DNA of 64,000 nucleotides from Parachlamydiales bacterium (GTDB lineage Bacteria; Chlamydiota; Chlamydiia; Chlamydiales; SM23-39): NCBI GenBank assembly GCA_050302075.1, contig JBNLAH010000005.1, positions 128,001 to 192,000 of the forward strand, read 5' to 3'. Shown piece by piece: positions 58,990 to 64,000 of this stretch (position 1 is its first letter; each line of letters starts with the position of its first letter). The notes under the pieces were generated by a model. It saw only the letters and a program-made list of their open reading frames with translations, ran no database searches and was not told where the DNA came from. The position numbers and the translations under genes were made by a program.

Positions 58990-60084
58990 ATGACTTATGG
59001 AAACTATCCATCACGTGAAAACATAAAAAAAATCCTTATAATCAAGCTAAGGCATTTAGGAGATGTCCTTCTCACAACCCCAGTATTTTCAAACATAAAA
59101 AAAGCGCTTCCACAAGCTACAGTTGATGTTCTTGTTAACAAGGAAGCATCTCCAATTTTAGCAAATAACCCATATGTTGATAATATACTTTTATTTGATA
59201 GGGAGTTTAAATCAAAAAGTCTTTTTCCTAAGTTGAAATTTGAATTTAATTTTTACTGGTCAATCTGGGAAAAAAAATATGATTTAGTGATCAACTTGAC
59301 AGATGGAAACAGAGCTTTGCTTATAACAAAACTGTCTAGAGCCCAAACATTGGTCGGTATGCAAACTGACAACAAAAAAACAAACAAGAAATATACACAC
59401 CTTGTAAAAAAATGCCATTTAGAAAGGCATGTTGTAGAAAAAAATTTAGATGCTATTAGACGAATTGGAATTTTTCCTGAGTATGAAGATAGGAACTTAG
59501 ACTTTTTCTATCAGCCTCCATCTAAAGACAATCCACTTTTAAACTTAGCTAAAGAAGAATTTATATTAATTCACCCTACATCTAGGTGGAGGTTTAAATG
59601 TTGGCCAGAAAAGAAAGTAACACAGTTAATAAAAAGACTTTGTGACATGAATAAAAAAGTTGTCATAACTTCAGGGCCATCAACTGATGAGAAGATAATG
59701 ATTGATAAAATAATTGGTAACATATCTGATAAAAATGTTTTGAATTTAAGTGGTAAAACAAGCATTGATGATTTAGCTTATTTGATACATAAATGTAGAG
59801 CTCTTGTATGTGTTGATTCATTCCCTTTTCATGTCGCAAGTTGTTTTAAAAAACCTGTTTGTGCCCTTTTTGGCCCAACATCTGATTTAACGTGGGGGGC
59901 TTGGAAAAATCCAAATGCTGATATCATTACTTATGATATTTCATGCCGGCCATGTTTTTTAGATGGGTGTGGTGGAAGTAAAATGAGCGACTGTTTACAT
60001 CAGATTACAGTTGATAGGGCTGTTGAGAGTTTAAATAAAATTTTAGAAAAGCCGAGTCCTCTTAAAATACTAGCACATCACTAA
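58990..60084 (+). CDS. Glycosyltransferase family 9 (LPS heptosyltransferase, RfaQ/WaaQ-like)
   Basis: Motifs ILIIKLRHLGDVLLTTP, HPTSRWRFKCW, LSGKTS, VDSFPFHVA and LFGPT...WGAW. Confidence 0.87.
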   Translation: MTYGNYPSRENIKKILIIKLRHLGDVLLTTPVFSNIKKALPQATVDVLVNKEASPILANNPYVDNILLFDREFKSKSLFPKLKFEFNFYWSIWEKKYDLVINLTDGNRALLITKLSRAQTLVGMQTDNKKTNKKYTHLVKKCHLERHVVEKNLDAIRRIGIFPEYEDRNLDFFYQPPSKDNPLLNLAKEEFILIHPTSRWRFKCWPEKKVTQLIKRLCDMNKKVVITSGPSTDEKIMIDKIIGNISDKNVLNLSGKTSIDDLAYLIHKCRALVCVDSFPFHVASCFKKPVCALFGPTSDLTWGAWKNPNADIITYDISCRPCFLDGCGGSKMSDCLHQITVDRAVESLNKILEKPSPLKILAHH

Positions 60085-60814
60085 TCTCATCAAGGTCATT
60101 AATAGAGATGCTCTTAGAAAATAGGTGACTGATTTCTTCTTTTACTTCAAGTGAGCTAGTTTTCTCTTTTCTTTTTTTTACTTCAACTAGGGCGAAAACA
60201 TCATATGTCTTGTTCGAGCTAATGTCGGTTTTTACAACTTTTAAATTTGGATAAACAGTGCTTGCTTGGAAGTTTGTGATAACTCCTGTGTTTAAACTAA
60301 ATGTTCCATCACTTAAAAGCCTGGCGGCCTCTACCGATCCTGATGGGACTTCTATCTCTAACAGATGTTGGCTTTTGAGCCATGAATGATGTACCTTAAG
60401 TGTGTGTGGTGCGGATGCTATAAACTCCAATCCGATTTTGTTTTTCAGGGCTTTTTCATGTCTTAAAAGACAGTACCTAGCTCTTTGTTTAACAACTGCA
60501 TGGATTTTTGAGATTTTATATGTTTGAAGAGCCCTTAAAGCATCATCATGTAGATAGAAATCAGGCCCCGAGGCAAGTTTAAGGAAAACTGCGCCATGTT
60601 TTCCTGCAGCTTTTTTTATTGCATCTTCACTTGATTTACAAAAAAAGATTTTTTCATCTTCTAAAGCATTTTTATTTAAAAAACTATTCAAAGCGCTATG
60701 ACTGCGGTCACCTGCGCTGCTGCTTACAAAAATATATTTGGAAACTATAGTTGAATTTAAAGCAAAGCAGTTAGTGAGAATAACTACTAGAAAAGAAAAA
60801 ACTTTAGTTAGCAT
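60062..60814 (-). CDS. Exported protein with a degenerate prephenate dehydratase-like (type 2 periplasmic-binding) fold
   Basis: Signal-like N-terminus. IASAPHTL...WL, GSVEAARLL and YPNLKVVKTDISS follow the PDT pattern, but the TRF motif and ACT domain are absent. Confidence 0.55.
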   Translation of the reverse strand: MLTKVFSFLVVILTNCFALNSTIVSKYIFVSSSAGDRSHSALNSFLNKNALEDEKIFFCKSSEDAIKKAAGKHGAVFLKLASGPDFYLHDDALRALQTYKISKIHAVVKQRARYCLLRHEKALKNKIGLEFIASAPHTLKVHHSWLKSQHLLEIEVPSGSVEAARLLSDGTFSLNTGVITNFQASTVYPNLKVVKTDISSNKTYDVFALVEVKKRKEKTSSLEVKEEISHLFSKSISINDLDEISDVLVF

Positions 60815-60887
60815 CTAAAAAATCTTTTTTTTATTTATATCAATATGTAGCCAATTTTGAATATATTGTCACTGGTTTAAGCGATTT

Positions 60888-61604
60888 TTAGAGCTGGAAA
60901 TCTTCTCCTAAGTAATATTTTTTAGCTAACTTATCATTCATTAATCTGTCAATGGATCCTTCTATTAACACCTTGCCATCTCTAATTAAGTAAGATTTAT
61001 CCACAATAGAAAAAATTTCCCTTGCATTATGGTCTGTGATCAAAACACTTATGTTTCTTTTCTTCAGGTGGATTATTAGTTTTTTTAGATCTTGGATTGC
61101 AATTGGATCTATATTTGCAAAAGGCTCGTCTAGTAAAAGTAATTTTGGCTCTGTGACTAGTGCTCTTGTAATTTCTAGCCTTCTTCTTTCGCCACCAGAT
61201 AAGGTAACGGCCATTTTTTTGCGGTGCTTTGACAAGTTAAGCTCATCTAAAAGAACTTCTAGTTTTTCCTTTCTAGCATTTTTGTTAAGAGGAGTCAGCT
61301 CTAGTATTGACATGATATTGTCCTCCACACTAAGCGATCGAAAAATAGAAGGCTCTTGTGCTAAATATCCCATTCCCATCTTTGCTCTTTTGTGGATTGG
61401 AAGGTCAGTTACATCAATGTCTTTAAAAAAAACTTTCCCTCCGTCGGGTGCTATTAGCCCAATAGCAATATAAAAAGCAGTGGTTTTACCAGCTCCGTTT
61501 GGTCCTAAAAGGCCGATTACTTCACCCTTATTTACCTCAAATGATAAATCTGAAAGGATATTTTTGCCGTTATAGCTTTTTTGAAGATTTTTTATCTGGA
61601 GCAT
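60888..61604 (-). CDS. lptB: LPS export ABC transporter ATP-binding protein
   Basis: Motifs GLLGPNGAGKTT, GYLAQEPSIFR, LSGGERRRLEI, LDEPFA and ITDHN. Confidence 0.95.
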   Translation of the reverse strand: MLQIKNLQKSYNGKNILSDLSFEVNKGEVIGLLGPNGAGKTTAFYIAIGLIAPDGGKVFFKDIDVTDLPIHKRAKMGMGYLAQEPSIFRSLSVEDNIMSILELTPLNKNARKEKLEVLLDELNLSKHRKKMAVTLSGGERRRLEITRALVTEPKLLLLDEPFANIDPIAIQDLKKLIIHLKKRNISVLITDHNAREIFSIVDKSYLIRDGKVLIEGSIDRLMNDKLAKKYYLGEDFQL

Positions 61605-62208
61605 TAATGACTCTTTGTTTGATGTCTTGGTTAAGGTGCTCAGGAAGCCTTGCTTTGATATGGTCTGCTCTAAAATTGGCGCCTTTGTTGTTCAGTTGAA
61701 AAAGAATGTGTTTTGCAGTCGCTTTCATCAATATCTCGTTTGAGTTAAAAAACTCAGATAGGCTTTTTCCTTTAGAGTGGAAAAAAGATAAATTCACCTC
61801 ATCTGAGATAAATTGATGTGAAGGAAAAAAATATTTCCCTTGCTTTGCATTGCAATATTTTACTTTTTGCGAACTTTTTTCTATCTTCTCTTGCATCCAA
61901 AATTCAATATCATGAAGTGTTTCTGTTCCTTTAATCTTTTTATTTGTCAACCTTAGTTCAATATCTGAAGCGATACTAGTGATTTTTGTATGGTAACGAT
62001 CTTGATTTGAGCCAAAGTATATATCTTTTTGTATGTTTTTGCGCTTTTGATTTACTGTCTTGTTCACTGGATTTAAGTTATATGTATTTTTAATTAATTC
62101 AGTAAATTCTTTTTTGTCAGAGGGGCAAATGCACAGAGTTTTTTGGAATAAAAAATAAGCCGATAAAAAAAGGAGACCCAAAGATATGAAAGTTGCCCTT
62201 TTTATCAT
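61570..62208 (-). CDS. Chlamydial hypothetical protein between kdsA and lptB (CT654-like; possible LptC/LptA-type beta-jellyroll)
   Basis: N-terminal TM anchor, beta-rich remainder, and synteny. Confidence 0.55.
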   Translation of the reverse strand: MIKRATFISLGLLFLSAYFLFQKTLCICPSDKKEFTELIKNTYNLNPVNKTVNQKRKNIQKDIYFGSNQDRYHTKITSIASDIELRLTNKKIKGTETLHDIEFWMQEKIEKSSQKVKYCNAKQGKYFFPSHQFISDEVNLSFFHSKGKSLSEFFNSNEILMKATAKHILFQLNNKGANFRADHIKARLPEHLNQDIKQRVINAPDKKSSKKL

Positions 62209-62210
62209 TT

Positions 62211-63041
62211 TTATACCGACTGCTTTTCTCTAATTACTTCATAGATAGGAATAATTTCTGAAAGTAATTTATCTAACTCCTGAAAACTAATTGATGTCAT
62301 TTTGTCGCTTTTTGCAAGCGGGGGATTTGGATGAGCTTCAACAAATAGGGCGTTGGCACCTGCCGCAATCGCAGCTTTTGCTAATGTTGGGACAAATTCT
62401 ACATTCCCTCCAGAGCTATCCTTCAAAGCTCCGGGCATTTGTACTGAATGGGTTGCATCAAAGCATACCGGGTATCCTAGCTTTTGCATAATCAAAATAG
62501 ACCTGAAATCGCTTACTAAGTTGTTGTAGCCAAAAGAAGTTCCTCTATCAGTTAAAAGGATCTCAAATTTATTTTGGGAAGTTAGCTTTTCAACAACATT
62601 TGACATGTCCCATGGAGCCATGAATTGGCCTTTTTTTACATTGATAACAGCGGGAGTGCTTGCCGCTGCTACTAAAAGATCTGTTTGGCGGCATAAAAAA
62701 GCGGGTATTTGGATCATTTCTAAAATATTTCCAGCGATTTTTGCCTGTTCAACAGTGTGAACATCAGAAACCACAGGTAAATTAATCTCTTTTTGGACTT
62801 TTTCAAGTATTTTAAGCCCTTCATCTAAGCCAGGGCCTCGAAATGAGTTAATCGAAGAGCGATTAGCTTTGTCAAAAGACGATTTAAATATGAGTGATAC
62901 AGGGTATTTTTCTGAGATTTTTTTTATTTTTTCTGCAGCAAAAAGAGAAGCATCTTCAGATTCAATAACACAAGGCCCTGCTATAAGAGTTAGATTGTAG
63001 CTGTCACCTATTTGAAAGGCTTTTCTTGTGATCTTATGCAT
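62211..63041 (-). CDS. kdsA: KDO 8-phosphate synthase (start taken as ATG 63041)
   Basis: Motifs IAGPCVIE, KSSFDKANRSS, QIPAFLCRQTDL, KKGQF, RGTSFGY and DATHSVQ. Confidence 0.97.
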   Translation of the reverse strand: MHKITRKAFQIGDSYNLTLIAGPCVIESEDASLFAAEKIKKISEKYPVSLIFKSSFDKANRSSINSFRGPGLDEGLKILEKVQKEINLPVVSDVHTVEQAKIAGNILEMIQIPAFLCRQTDLLVAAASTPAVINVKKGQFMAPWDMSNVVEKLTSQNKFEILLTDRGTSFGYNNLVSDFRSILIMQKLGYPVCFDATHSVQMPGALKDSSGGNVEFVPTLAKAAIAAGANALFVEAHPNPPLAKSDKMTSISFQELDKLLSEIIPIYEVIREKQSV

Positions 63042-63549
63042 GTTCAACAACCTCAATTGTTTCATTATTGGGATTATCGAATTTTGAAATATATTCTTTT
63101 ATCCTAAATGGAAAACTTTTACTTCCAACCGGTATAAGTATTTCATCAATTAAATCTGAAAGTGGTATCAATACAAAAAGTCGGTCTTTCCAGCTTGGGT
63201 GGGGTATTTGGAGCGAGCTACTTTCATATTTTTGATCGCCATACAACAGGATGTCAATATCAATTACCCTAGGCTCATTCTTTTCTTTTTTTACTTTGCC
63301 TAGCTTTTCCTCAACGTGTTGGAGCTGGTCAAATAATTGATCAGGAGATAAAGAAGTCCTTAAATGACAGACTGCATTAATAAAGTCCTTATCAAGATTG
63401 CAATTAACCGGGGAGGTCTTATACAGTTTCGATCTTTGTAATAACTTAACGTCTTTTATGTTCTTAATTAGATTCACAGCTTCCAATATGTTATTTCTGC
63501 TGTTTCCTAAATTAGATCCAAGACCTAAAAAAACGTCTACTGTTTGCAT
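63034..63549 (-). CDS. folK: 2-amino-4-hydroxy-6-hydroxymethyldihydropteridine pyrophosphokinase
   Basis: Motifs LGLGSNLG, FINAV, PRVIDIDILLY and IPHP...RLFVLIPL. Confidence 0.95.
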   Translation of the reverse strand: MQTVDVFLGLGSNLGNSRNNILEAVNLIKNIKDVKLLQRSKLYKTSPVNCNLDKDFINAVCHLRTSLSPDQLFDQLQHVEEKLGKVKKEKNEPRVIDIDILLYGDQKYESSSLQIPHPSWKDRLFVLIPLSDLIDEILIPVGSKSFPFRIKEYISKFDNPNNETIEVVEHA

Positions 63550-64000
63550 GTTAAGCCCCCAATTAAATCCTCCATTTCATAATAACCTACTGGCTTAGAT
63601 AAAATAAATAGCGCAGCATCTAAAGCAGCTTTTGCAAATATTTTTTTGTCGCATATCTCGTGTTTAACTGTTAAACGCTCAGCATCATCTGTAAAAAATA
63701 GCGAGTGCTCGCAAAAGTTATTTCCAGCTCTAATGGAGGTAGTTTCAACTTTTTGGACTGTATGCTTTTGAATCTCCCTAATTAAACTCAGGGCAGTTCC
63801 ACTAGGAGAGTCCTTTTTACTTAACTTATGCCATTCAATAAGGCTAATTGAATATTCAGGTAATCCAGAACAAAGTGTTTCTATTAGCTTTTTTAGAAGG
63901 TGAACTCCAATAGAAAAATTTGAGCTATGGAAAATGGGGATTTCTTTTGAGGCTTCCATTATCATTTGTAACTGGCTCTTTGAATGACCAGTAGTTCCTA
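63537..64000 (-). CDS. dapB: 4-hydroxy-tetrahydrodipicolinate reductase, C-terminal part (gene starts beyond the window)
   Basis: The frame is open to the window edge (GTTGH...). Motifs SSNFSIGV, EWHKLSKKDSPSGTA, SIRAG and FAKAAL. Confidence 0.9.
   Translation of the reverse strand, partial: GTTGHSKSQLQMIMEASKEIPIFHSSNFSIGVHLLKKLIETLCSGLPEYSISLIEWHKLSKKDSPSGTALSLIREIQKHTVQKVETTSIRAGNNFCEHSLFFTDDAERLTVKHEICDKKIFAKAALDAALFILSKPVGYYEMEDLIGGLTCKQ

Overview
This AT-rich window is chromosomal DNA from a member of the Chlamydiota, most likely an environmental lineage rather than Chlamydiaceae. The evidence is conserved chlamydial gene order: glyA-clpP-dapF, clpX-clpP-tig-SNF2-mreB-pckG, lptB-CT654-like-kdsA, cdsZ-rnpB and the CT663-CT674-type T3SS operon. 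It also carries folE, pabA/trpG, ald and a GT9 gene, which I recall are absent from Chlamydiaceae. It contains RNase P RNA, tRNA-Gly(GCC) and the type III secretion structural operon (scc4, cdsD/E/F/G, CT668-like, cdsN/O/P/Q, pkn5, cdsC; 26.9-40.6 kb, minus strand). The two most unusual elements are these. (1) An unannotated 7-gene operon (42.2-47.3 kb) lies divergent from the T3SS operon. It has a perfect TTGACA-N17-TATAAT promoter overlapped by an 18-bp palindrome, a ~250-nt multi-hairpin leader, a CT635-like chaperone and six helical/hydrophobic proteins resembling filament/tip and translocator subunits. (2) The 1424-aa secretin has ten tandem N3-like periplasmic domains. Other oddities are an OppA-like domain fused to a ~450-aa unknown domain without a signal peptide, a secreted degenerate prephenate-dehydratase-like protein, an SDR + SPW-VKOR pair, and a duplicated gene-start relic. 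I saw no CRISPR array, IS element or prophage. All family assignments come from motif recognition and recalled synteny; no database searches were run.
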